Shown here piece by piece: positions 10,276 through 20,626 of a DNA stretch of 64,000 bases. Within the stretch, counting starts at the first letter, position 1. Each line of letters opens with the position of its first letter. The notes beneath the pieces are model-generated. The model searched no databases. It was given only the letters and a program-made list of their open reading frames with translations, and was not told the origin of the DNA. Source of the DNA: Meyerozyma guilliermondii (Eukaryota); the NCBI GenBank assembly GCA_051546255.1, contig CP128818.1:620001-684000 (forward strand), read 5' to 3'. Both the position numbers and the translations under genes were made by a program.

Positions 10276-13193
10276 GTTTAGCAGCGTACATATAGGTATC
10301 ATCTCACATACACTTTCCAATGCACAATGAACGACGAATCGCCTGTTGTGTAATATATTAAGAATACACATCCCTCTCTTAAATAGTTGGCACGCCCTAC
10401 AACTTAAATAGGAACAAACATATCAAGATACATCGCTCAAACAAGGCAAGTTTTATGCCGTTCCTCCGGTATAAAATTAGGATATATCTCGCGATTATCA
10501 AAGACACTCGATTGTCGCTTATTAAACCAAAAGGGTTTACCCACAGATTCATCTCATCATCGCACAGTCTCTATACTGCAAATTTATAAACTTCTTTTAA
10601 TAACGTTTTTGGGCTTTAGGCACATTTCAGTAGACAGAATTAAAATCGACTGTAAAAATAGAGCTTGTATTTCATACTTGGACATCACAGGTCAAGAGAA
10701 TCCATATCAAGTCCGACAATTGTCAAGTAGACCAGAATTTCAACCTTAGGTTAGGTTGTGTTTGACATTTACTGCATCAATTCATTCATCTAAGAGAAGC
10801 CTGTGATTGAAGATGGCAATGGCACATTATATATATTTAGATTGAATGTAAGATCACAGCAAGACCAGTGACATGTCATATGTATGAACCTATGCACAAG
10901 CATCACGCGAGTATCGAAATTGAAAAGCAAATGACAGTTTCTTACCCGTTCACACAAAGGAGGACTATCAAGTCATATTACGGGTGGGAATTAAAATGAA
11001 GTATTAAAATGGAACGAGTAATTATCTATGCATTGATCTAGATTCAGAAGGTCCTTGGCCAGTTTTGACACTATACTAGTAGACTTCCAGTAGTTTGAGA
11101 CCTCCATCAGAGTACGTGCCACTTGTGCAAAATATTTGGGGCACAATTGCCTCTACAATCATTTAATTAGCGGGTTTCAGTCGCTCCATTATGATTCACT
11201 ATAGGTCCGAGTTAGGCTCCACAAAACACATCTCGGAGCAACCCGGTTGCCGAGCTTCTCATTGGAAAATGAACCATACTTTTCAAACTAAGCTGCATGA
11301 AATGCTCTAGTTCGTGAGGCTACCTACAGCATGGCCATAGTTAGTATACGTATTCCCTAAGTTGCTATCAAAAACTATATCGAGGTCCTTGTGACGCCTA
11401 GCTAAAGCGTTAAGAAATGCAAACGATGAGGTCAATATTTTTCATTCCTAGATGAAGACTGAATGCGAACAGAGGAAATAAACACTAATGAGATCGCTTC
11501 GCGATAGCTATGACTTTTGGCGAAGAGGTGGCTCACAGGTACGGAATCGGAACGATAAGAGACTATGGTGGACAACTCCAATCATGATATTCCATCACAC
11601 TCGGTAACTTTACCTTTTTGTTGTATAGCGTATTTTCGTGTGCTTTTTCTCAAATCGAGTCATACAAGGGAGTGTGAACTCCTTTATTCTAATTACCGGC
11701 AGTATTTACATGAAGTTGCATGCCTTTGTCTTTTTTACAAGTAAACTATATACGCTAAGGTGCGCCTATTATGTTATTATCAGCGTCAAGGATGTGTTTG
11801 TAGTCTTATTGATTCCACACTAACTTCAGATATAGGATCGGGATTGCAACGAGTTTGACTGTTCTGCACTGGCACAGATGTGCTGATAACATAATATAAA
11901 GATATTACAATGGACAATCAGTAGGCAACCAAAGTATATCAAGTAATATATGAGGAGGTATCTCAGAGATTTCATGAGAGATATGACGGACGCATAATGG
12001 TAACAAGTTCTGTTCATGTTGGCCAAAGGATTTGGTTCCTGAGTGTCGGGGGCACTCACGCATGTGTTCAATTGTGTTTTTACCCATCGCTTAAGAAGAT
12101 GTGGAAGTATATACCTCAGCGGCGCGGTCCTTGTGTAATTTACTGGTAGCTCCTCTGTCAATGTACATAAGTCGTTTTTGAAGGTATAAAACGAGATATT
12201 TGTTTAGTATAGCTAGTCATCAACTTTTAGTCTTATGAATATGTATCATATAATGTTTGTTAAGTTTCGGCTTTTTGTTATTTTTCTTTCATGTTGCTGG
12301 TTTGAATACTATTGAATGTATGTGCATCGTGATGATACTTGTTCAATGAATCTCTTTAGCTTAATATTCTTTTTAATTACTTGTTTGGAGAACTAAACAC
12401 AAGAGAAGTGCTTTTTCTGGCTGTATAAGTGGATTTAATAATGAAGGAGTATAATATGGAAGAAAATTTGTATTTGTCGAGACATATTTTGTTTCAATTC
12501 CAGCTTTTTCTAGAGCTCGCTGTCTCTGTATACGCCTATAGGTGACTTGCGAGTAAGTTCGGTTACATGAAGAGCGATGACTTGGTAGCACTCTACGAGC
12601 TTCGCAGCATCCACGTATGATTTCCATTGCGTAGAGTTGCAAACTGATTTATGAAGTGCTCTCTTTCCAACTGAATTTGTAAATGATTGATTCGTCACTC
12701 TTTGTAGCACAGTCTCCCTCGTACCTGCTTGATGTACATCTTACCATCTATGTATGACAATCGATTAGAGTAACGGGCCTAACAGTGATTCTAGTGAGGT
12801 AGTTTCTTTATTGCCATCTTAGGCAAGAGTAAGGGCCCTTTTCTTATATGGTTTCTGAATTAAAGGGAAGGCGATGAAAAATGGGATATATAACAAAGCC
12901 TCAGTTAGGTTAGTTTCGTGTAAAGTTAAGATCAATGAATCTTGCATGCCCATTATTTATTACGACGCAGTATTGTTCTTATAGTTATACCGTTTTTTTT
13001 AGGTATTTGTATCGTTACTGAACGGTCTGGATGCTGCGATTGTATAGACATCTTTTGGTTTTACCAAAGTTTGATTGCAAAATGATTCCTTGAAGCGTGT
13101 ATGGTATACGAATAATATTATAAATTTACATCGTGTAGCAAAGCTGAGTAGAGTATCAGCGGTGCTCGTTCAGCGTCCTTACCCAAAATTTTG

Positions 13194-14711
13194 TCACTCT
13201 AAATCCTTCCTTCTTCCGTCGTCAAGATCTATCTCTTCCAACTTGATGAAAGAGGTCTTGTTGACAATCTTCAAAAAAACGAACAAGATGATGAAGAAGG
13301 GGAGTAAAATGTAAGCATCAACAAAGTTGGCGGCATCGAAAGGTTTGAAGTACGACCAGCCTTGAATCAAACCCAAAAAAATGTTTGCAAGTAGTCCTGC
13401 CCATGCTAGCCATGGGAACCATAATGCTTTGAAAGGAAGCTCATCCGTGGTACGTCCTTGTAACTTCCAAGCTTTGCGAAACCTAATGTGGAGGTAACAC
13501 ACAGCGCCCCATACAACAAATACAGCCACACCCAGTAAATTCACAATGTAGCCGTATGCCTTCGCAGCACCAGTATTGATGTTCATCAATGATATCAAAC
13601 CGAACAAGTTCATCAATATAACCGCATTATAAGGAACTCCCATTTTGTTGACCTTTGACAAGAACTTTGGGGCTGCTCCTTCTCCTGCTAAGTTAACGAT
13701 AGTGCGTGACCCAATGTAAATGGAGCTATTGATTGCAGAAATGCACGAAAGAAGAATAAAGGCATTGACAAGATGTGCCGCCTGATCCCAACCTGCTCTG
13801 GTTATTGCAATCGTCATTGGCGATTTCAACGTTTTTGTTCCGCTGTTCAATGATGGATCGTTATAAGGAACCGTGACTCCGTAACTAATAGCAATACCCA
13901 TGTACACCAATATAATTCTCCAGAATGTTTGTCTTATCGCTTTTGGGATTGCCCTCGAAGGATTTTTAGTTTCGGCAGCCGCAACAGCAATGGCCTCTGT
14001 ACCGGCATAAAATGTGGAAGCAAAGACAAATGTCAGGGCAACCCCCCTGAAGCCATTGTTGAAAGCTCCGGGGTTGTTCCAATATTGGAAACCAAATGCT
14101 GGTCTTCCCTTTACCCCGCCACACATATAAACCAAGGAAAATAAATAAAAGGCTACCAAGCCCAAAATCTTGAAAAGCGCTAGCCAATATTCTGCTTCGC
14201 CAAACGATGCAACACCAAGGAACTAGAACGCAAGAAATGCTGCCCAGAATATCAAAATATAGCCATAAAGAGGCACTTCAGGACCCCAAAACTGCAATAT
14301 TGACGCTGTTGTGTTATATTCGTTTGCTAATACTGCAACCCAAACGATAACATAAAACCATCCAACGGTACCCCCGAAGGCCCGGTCAACGAATTTGTTG
14401 CCAAGAGTTGAGAATGCTCCACCAACAGGATATAACGTTGAAAGCTCTCCCAAAGACTGCATCATTGCAAACGCCACGAGACCTATCACTCCGAAGCCAA
14501 TGATTAGACTGGCTGGCCCATTTCCCAAAGCCAATGAAGCACCAATCAAAATTCCAGGGCCAATTATACCCGCCAAGGCTAGCAAAGAAACATGCCTATT
14601 TTTTAACTTACGCTGAAGTGGGATGGCCTCCCCAATAACCTCCAGATCGTGTGTTGAGATCACGTCTTGTGTAGGTGTTTTTTTCTCGATATCAGTACTC
14701 GGTCTATCCAT
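13194..14711 (-). pseudogene. AGP3: AGP3-like amino-acid permease (YAT/APC family) interrupted by one in-frame TAG at 14223-14225
   Basis: The track ORFs 14223..14711 and 13194..14165 share a frame. Read-through gives AFLAF*FLGVASFGEAEYWLALFKILGLV. VLANEYNT..ILQFWGPEVPLYGYILIFW matches Agp3. Confidence 0.85.
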
Positions 14712-14759
14712 CTTGTTGGCGTGAAAGTTGGAGAAAAAAACTTTGATTTCACCATCGCA

Positions 14760-14769
14760 GCCACAGTTT
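14760..14769 (-). promoter_or_regulatory. Met31/Met32-type site AAACTGTGGC upstream of AGP3
   Basis: Plus strand GCCACAGTTT, exact consensus about 50 bp upstream of the AGP3 ATG. Confidence 0.55.
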
Positions 14770-15563
14770 GCTGCAGATAATAAATGTACCTTATGGTGTG
14801 TGGATGTGCGGCGGAAGCTGTTGGAGCAGACTCTTTGGACAAAACCTTACCAAGAGAAAATGACTGTGAAAATTGGTATTGTACATCACTTACTTTGGTT
14901 ATTATTGATTCATTGGTTCCTTTAAGAAGAAGGACCCCGGTGTTTTGGCAGATGGGCTTCTGTTGTGCGACATTCTCATCCTTTAGCCGAGCTGCATTGG
15001 ACCCTTCTCAAGAGGTTATCTAATCAGGAATTTACAATGCATAGAAGTTTCGACTTAGGTTTTGGCAACGTACATACCTTGGCGAAATGCGAACAACACC
15101 TTCGATTTCTTATACAGGATCCATTGGTACGAGTGTAGACCACTAAACAGATTTTACAATAAAGACAAATTACATAGAGTCTGGTATTAAGATGTAGTGG
15201 AGACCAAACCGACAACGGGCAATGAGCCGATATGCCTTCAAGGTTGGGCCTGTCCACACGATCTGGTCAAAAACAAGCGACGGTTGTATCAAAGGTGTCG
15301 TTGTCTTCAACCAGCTTTATCTTCTCCCTAAACAGAACCCAATATTCTATGGTGAAAAAAGAACTTGAGGCAGAAACAGGAGGTAAATTGTGCCCAACTA
15401 AAAACTACAAGTGATTTTGCTTGTTTATATTTAGATACTTGACTCAAAAATCTTGGAAAAACTCAGTTTTGTACGTTCATTACCCGGATGATATTGGACC
15501 ATATACTGCATATAGTAATATTGGCTGCAACATCTAACAACTATCCTTGGGTCACCTCAGAGA

Positions 15564-16445
15564 TCAGATCAATCCTCTGCTTGAAAGTAACTTTTCTGAA
15601 GCCTCGACATACCTAGAAGCGTATTTCTTTGTTAACCCTTTCGATGGAAGAAGAGCCTTACCTCTGCTGTCAAAGATCGCACCATTGCGACCTTCGAGTT
15701 CGGGAGCAATGAGCAAGGGAGCAATACCACTAGCATATTGTTCTGGAGTTCGTGTAAACCATCCAATCAAAGTTTCCAGAATTCTTGATTTCCAGGAATT
15801 CTCACCCAAAAAGTTGTCTCTAATATTTGTCTTGACAATGCCAGGGTTCAACCCATAAAAATGAACACCATCATATTTTGAAGCACTGTCGTAGACCAAA
15901 GATTCATTACCGGCGACTGTATTCATATGAGCTTTCATAGCTCCATAACTTTTCTCTTGGTTAAGGTCATCTATGGTTCCTAGTTGACCACTTCCCGGAT
16001 AGGCCATGATAAACACTCTGGGAATAAACCCAAAGCTGTTCTTCTCTGTTTTGCTAAGCCTTGAGGCCATTGTACGGATCATTGTCAAGCGGTTCAAATA
16101 ACTGACTGCCATATCACGCTCTAAACCTTCTTTGGTCTCTTCTCTCTTAGAGGCAGCGAATATACCAGTCGTGAAAAGCACGATGTCCGTGTCGGATAAA
16201 TCTAAGTTTTTAGCAAGCGTTTGTGAGTTCTCGATCAAACTGAGATCCCCCTTGATAAACTTTATGTTCTTTCTTTCGCTGTCTCTGAATGTCTGTCCAA
16301 TGACTGTGACAGTAGCACCTGCCGAAGCGAGAACTTGACTGATCGAACGACCCAACCCACCGGTTCCGCCTACCACAAGGACTTTAAGTCCCTCAAGGTT
16401 TGCGAGATTCTGAGGCTTCCATGAAAAGGTGTTGTCTACTGCCAT
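15564..16445 (-). CDS. Atypical short-chain dehydrogenase/reductase (NAD(P)-binding Rossmann fold)
   Basis: VLVVGGTGGLG glycine motif, KGDLS, ETKEGLE, LNPGIVKTNI; no canonical YxxxK seen. Confidence 0.85.
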   Translation of the reverse strand: MAVDNTFSWKPQNLANLEGLKVLVVGGTGGLGRSISQVLASAGATVTVIGQTFRDSERKNIKFIKGDLSLIENSQTLAKNLDLSDTDIVLFTTGIFAASKREETKEGLERDMAVSYLNRLTMIRTMASRLSKTEKNSFGFIPRVFIMAYPGSGQLGTIDDLNQEKSYGAMKAHMNTVAGNESLVYDSASKYDGVHFYGLNPGIVKTNIRDNFLGENSWKSRILETLIGWFTRTPEQYASGIAPLLIAPELEGRNGAIFDSRGKALLPSKGLTKKYASRYVEASEKLLSSRGLI

Positions 16446-17622
16446 GATTGTGTACTTTAGAAAACAACAGCTTACTGTTTAGATGAAGGAGAAGTTCCTT
16501 TATATATGGCAAATTCCAGTTGCTACTTTGGGTGTAAAATATTGGTAATCAATGCAGGGACCATTTCAGCCGCTCGGCCGACGTCTCGGTGCCCCGAGAT
16601 TACAAAGAGATGTATTAGTAAACACTTGAAAGTAGAACCACATGACTGACTCGCTGTGCAGAGCGTTTGTATGTTGACATTGAAATGATATTTTTGCTCA
16701 TGGATGACTGCTGTCAGATATGTTGTCTTGTAGCATGGGTTGTCTTCACAACATATTAGGCGGAGACCTGCAGTCAGAAAGATAAAGCTCCCTCAATGGG
16801 CACGCAAGGCGCCTTGAATCATTTAGAATTAGCGGCAACAGTGAATTTTGTGGATACTACTCTGAGAAACACTATTACAGTAGCTTAAGCAACAACAAAA
16901 ATGAGAAAAGACCTAACTACATTGTATGTAACCCTGAGAGCTCTCGTATCAACATCACCTTTACGATGTCATCCTAACAATCTAAAGAGAGTAATGATTC
17001 CCAAACAAACTTTACTAGCTTACATTTATTGTGTATTTATTTTGGTTGAATTTTCTCTACCGGCGCCGCTTCGGTTATGTGTCTGTTCAGATTGAAAGTG
17101 TCTCGATAAGAACACGAGGATATGTTGACATATATATCTCACCTGAGTTTATTTTCAATGCTTCTCAGGTCTCATATCTGACCTCCGGGGTGCTTCAAGA
17201 GGATGCAATTGACAAAGATAGGTAATGGCCCACATTAAATAACACATAGCCAAAGCTAATATTATCGACGATCGCCAAACTGTTCTATTCTCTTTGGGAG
17301 CTAACACCCATGCCAATCCTGACAACGCAGCCGTGAATATAAAGGCAATTATGACTGTGTATCTAGCAAGTTAGTATTATTTATGACGTAAAAAGATGGA
17401 ACATGTAAAGATCTGCAGCGAAGGCAAGAATCCTGAACTTGCATAAATCACTCATGCCATTGTCATTAGAAGAGTATAGTACTTACCCACTCATTTTTGA
17501 CGTTGATCAATGATATCAACCCTTAGCCGTCGATATTCTCTGGTTATCGCGCGCGCTGAGTTTATTGATTGGGGAACGACTCATAGATAGTTAACGATTG
17601 ATGAGGAATCAGTAGCTCTTTG

Positions 17623-19047
17623 ATGAGGGAGATACCTGAACAAGTTGCATCGTGGTTATACAATGTACTTCAACCGCAGTATTTACACAAGCAGATAGCA
17701 TACACTCATATAATACGTTTCCTTCAATCTCATCTATATGGTGAAGAGAAATTTAAAATAAGAACTCAAGTCTACACTTTTCCGGAATCTGGATATGAAG
17801 CATTAATGTTGAACCTCGCTGGCAATTTGAGTATACCGGGACATTCAACGGTCCCTATTCAGATCTGGGTACCACATCGATATCCATTCGAAGACGGAGT
17901 GCCTATTGTGTATGTTACTCCAGACCCATCCCAAGGCGCGATACTATTGCCAGGTAACCATATCGATGGTCTGGGACGATTCTACCACCCTTACTTGTCT
18001 AGGTGGTTTTCTGAATGCTCCAGTTATAATCAGGATTCGTTTGGGAGGTACAATTTGTTGGAGTTGGTTCAAGTCATGCGTCAATCGTTTTCAAAAGAAT
18101 TTCCATTACATCGCCCATCAGGCGAAACGGGACCCTTTTCTTCCCCTGTTGTTCATGGAACACCAACACCTCCTCCCAAGCCTACAAAAGTTTTAGCTGA
18201 ATCCCCTAAGATGCAATCTCCACCTCCTCCCAAGCCTGCAAAAGTTTTTGCGGAATCCTCAAAAATGCAATCTACACCGCCTGACGTTCCAATCGGGAAT
18301 CCAAAGTATTCTGTTCCACTTAAATATCAAGGGCCATTACCGCTTCCACATGAGCAACCTCTCTTACAACCTCCCATAACGCAAATACCGAAGGAAACCA
18401 TATCAACGTCAAAATCCACGCAAGCGGTCAATCGTAGAGCAATGAAGGCACCTGATTTGATTGACTCTGAAGGTTTAAAGGAAGGAGATATTTTTACAGG
18501 CGAAGAAAATGAAGGCTTCAGCAGGGATTTGAAAGAAGTTTTGTCCAAAGAACTTGAAGCTGGACATGCCAATAATCTTGCCACTGAGATCCATGACAAT
18601 TCCAAAAAGATCGAAGCTCTCCACTCCCAGTTAGGTCATCATCGACAGCAAGCAGTAGCTAATTGCCGTAACTTGTCGAGTCACAAAGATTATCTTTCTC
18701 AAAAGGTCAACCAAATTTCAAATTCAAATGCAGAATTGGTTGCGTTAGACAAGCTTAATGCAGGGCTGAGTGATAAGGTTTACTTAAATCCATCGAAGGC
18801 AATTTCGATTGAAAACATCGTGATACCAGATCTGCAGCTAGTTTCGCAGCTATACGATACAGTAGCTGAGATAAAGGCGACAAAAGATGCTCTTAATATG
18901 CTTTGTGGTAATTACAAATCGACGAAGGAAATTGTGAATGACAATAACCTTGAGTGGTGCATGAAGTATGCCAGAAGCTTGGGGAGAGATCTCTATTGGC
19001 TTGAATTGACGAGACAAGAAATTAGCGAGAGAGCTGGGATGGATTAA
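17623..19047 (+). CDS. STP22: ESCRT-I subunit Vps23/Stp22 (UEV, Pro-rich linker, coiled coil, SB domain)
   Basis: [30 protein letters not shown] motifs; [10 protein letters not shown]-domain start. Confidence 0.88.
   Translation: MREIPEQVASWLYNVLQPQYLHKQIAYTHIIRFLQSHLYGEEKFKIRTQVYTFPESGYEALMLNLAGNLSIPGHSTVPIQIWVPHRYPFEDGVPIVYVTPDPSQGAILLPGNHIDGLGRFYHPYLSRWFSECSSYNQDSFGRYNLLELVQVMRQSFSKEFPLHRPSGETGPFSSPVVHGTPTPPPKPTKVLAESPKMQSPPPPKPAKVFAESSKMQSTPPDVPIGNPKYSVPLKYQGPLPLPHEQPLLQPPITQIPKETISTSKSTQAVNRRAMKAPDLIDSEGLKEGDIFTGEENEGFSRDLKEVLSKELEAGHANNLATEIHDNSKKIEALHSQLGHHRQQAVANCRNLSSHKDYLSQKVNQISNSNAELVALDKLNAGLSDKVYLNPSKAISIENIVIPDLQLVSQLYDTVAEIKATKDALNMLCGNYKSTKEIVNDNNLEWCMKYARSLGRDLYWLELTRQEISERAGMD
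18169..18276 (+). repeat. 54-bp imperfect tandem duplication within STP22
   Basis: [18 protein letters not shown] / [21 protein letters not shown] copies start at 18169 and 18223. Confidence 0.9.
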
Positions 19048-19130
19048 TATTCCTGTATATAATGGCGCCGCACGATGCAATGAGAATTTTTCTCAATACC
19101 ATCATTGTAGTCTTCATATTCCCTGTCGCA

Positions 19131-20567
19131 ATGTCGGACGAGTATATGATTAAGCCCGAAAGTATTGCGCCATCTAATGATACTTCTGAGTGGCCACTCT
19201 TATTGAAGAATTTCGATAAGCTTTTGGTTAGAAGCGGGCACTATACCCCCATTCCTGCCGGAAGCTCTCCATTGAAAAGAGACCTTAAATCTTACGTTTC
19301 CTCGGGTGTCATCAATTTGGACAAACCCTCAAACCCATCCTCCCATGAAGTCGTCGCCTGGATTAAACGAATCTTGAGGACCGAGAAGACTGGTCACTCT
19401 GGTACGTTGGATCCAAAGGTCACTGGATGTTTAATTGTTTGTATCGATAGAGCTACCAGATTAGTGAAGTCACAACAAGGAGCAGGAAAGGAATATGTTT
19501 GTATTGTCAGACTTCATGATGAGTTAAAAGATGCTAAGGACATGGGCAGATCGTTAGAAAATTTGACAGGTGCTTTATTCCAGAGACCTCCACTCATTTC
19601 TGCAGTTAAAAGACAATTGAGAGTTAGAACGATTTACGACTCCAACTTAATAGAATTTGACAACAAGAGAGGATTGGGAGTATTCTGGGCATCATGTGAA
19701 GCTGGTACATATATGAGAACGTTGTGTGTGCACTTGGGTATGTTGTTGGGTGTAGGTGGTCACATGCAAGAGTTGCGTCGTGTTAGATCTGGTGCACTTG
19801 CCGAAAATGATAACTTGGTTACCTTACATGACGTTTTGGATGCCCAGTACGTGTATGACAATACCAGGGATGAGTCGTACTTGCGAAAGATCATTCAGCC
19901 ACTTGAGACCTTACTCGTGGGGTACAAGAGGATTGTCGTCAAAGATTCAGCAGTGAACTCAGTCTGTTACGGTGCAAAGTTGATGATTCCAGGTTTGTTA
20001 CGTTATGAGGAAGGCATTGAGCTTTATGATGAAGTTGTTTTGATCACCACCAAGGGTGAAGCTATTGCCATCGGTATCGCTCAGATGACTACGGTTGATT
20101 TGCAAAGTTGCGATCACGGAATCGTTGCCAAAGTCAAGAGATGTATTATGGAACGTGACACTTACCCCAGAAGATGGGGATTAGGCCCAGTTGCCCAGAA
20201 AAAGAAACAGTTGAAGGCCGACGGAAAGTTAGACAAGTATGGTCGGACCAACGAAAATACTCCAGAATCATGGAAGGCAGAGTACAAGGATCACGATGAG
20301 ACCCCTGCTCCTCCAGTCCCTGAAGCAAAACTTGCTGCTCCAGAGATTCAATTACCAAAGAAGTTGATTGAGGAAGTTGAGACTAAATCTAGTCTGGACG
20401 ATGATATGGAAGAGGAATCTAAGAAAGAAAAGAAAGAAAAGAAAGAGAAGAAGGAGAAGAAGGAGAAGAAGGAAAAGAAGGAAAAGAAGGAGAAGAAAGA
20501 GAAGAAGAGAAAGTCCGAGGACGGTGAAACCGAGTCTGGAAAGAAGAAGAAGTCTAAGAAAGAGTAG
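19131..20567 (+). CDS. CBF5: H/ACA snoRNP pseudouridine synthase (dyskerin)
   Basis: [14 protein letters not shown] catalytic motif, PUA domain, KKE tail; likely start MSDEY at 19131. Confidence 0.98.
   Translation: MSDEYMIKPESIAPSNDTSEWPLLLKNFDKLLVRSGHYTPIPAGSSPLKRDLKSYVSSGVINLDKPSNPSSHEVVAWIKRILRTEKTGHSGTLDPKVTGCLIVCIDRATRLVKSQQGAGKEYVCIVRLHDELKDAKDMGRSLENLTGALFQRPPLISAVKRQLRVRTIYDSNLIEFDNKRGLGVFWASCEAGTYMRTLCVHLGMLLGVGGHMQELRRVRSGALAENDNLVTLHDVLDAQYVYDNTRDESYLRKIIQPLETLLVGYKRIVVKDSAVNSVCYGAKLMIPGLLRYEEGIELYDEVVLITTKGEAIAIGIAQMTTVDLQSCDHGIVAKVKRCIMERDTYPRRWGLGPVAQKKKQLKADGKLDKYGRTNENTPESWKAEYKDHDETPAPPVPEAKLAAPEIQLPKKLIEEVETKSSLDDDMEEESKKEKKEKKEKKEKKEKKEKKEKKEKKEKKRKSEDGETESGKKKKSKKE
20421..20501 (+). 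repeat. (KKE)x9 coding repeat in the CBF5 tail
   Basis: AAG-AAR-GAR units counted directly. Confidence 0.95.
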
Positions 20568-20626
20568 ACCCTCAAGATCTACGATCTTACATTTTAGTCA
20601 TTGAAGTACGAAAATAAACAAACCTG

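Noticed and set aside
10741..10760. TTAGGTTAGG telomere-like doublet
   Set aside because: Only two short units, expected by chance; no template or Sm-site context to support telomerase RNA
11638..12710. Short ORFs (60-111 aa) inside the SLA2-AGP3 gap
   Set aside because: Several use non-ATG starts, none has a recognisable motif, and lengths are compatible with chance
10276..13193. LTR retrotransposon or solo LTR as the explanation for the gap
   Set aside because: TGTTG starts exist but I found no matching CAACA end, target-site duplication, or gag/pol-like peptide by eye
17031..17225. 64-aa ORF upstream of STP22 as a possible gene remnant
   Set aside because: GTG start and no recognisable similarity
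20348..20604. Poly-Arg and Phe/Ser-rich ORFs
   Set aside because: Alternative-frame and antisense shadows of the CBF5 KKE repeat
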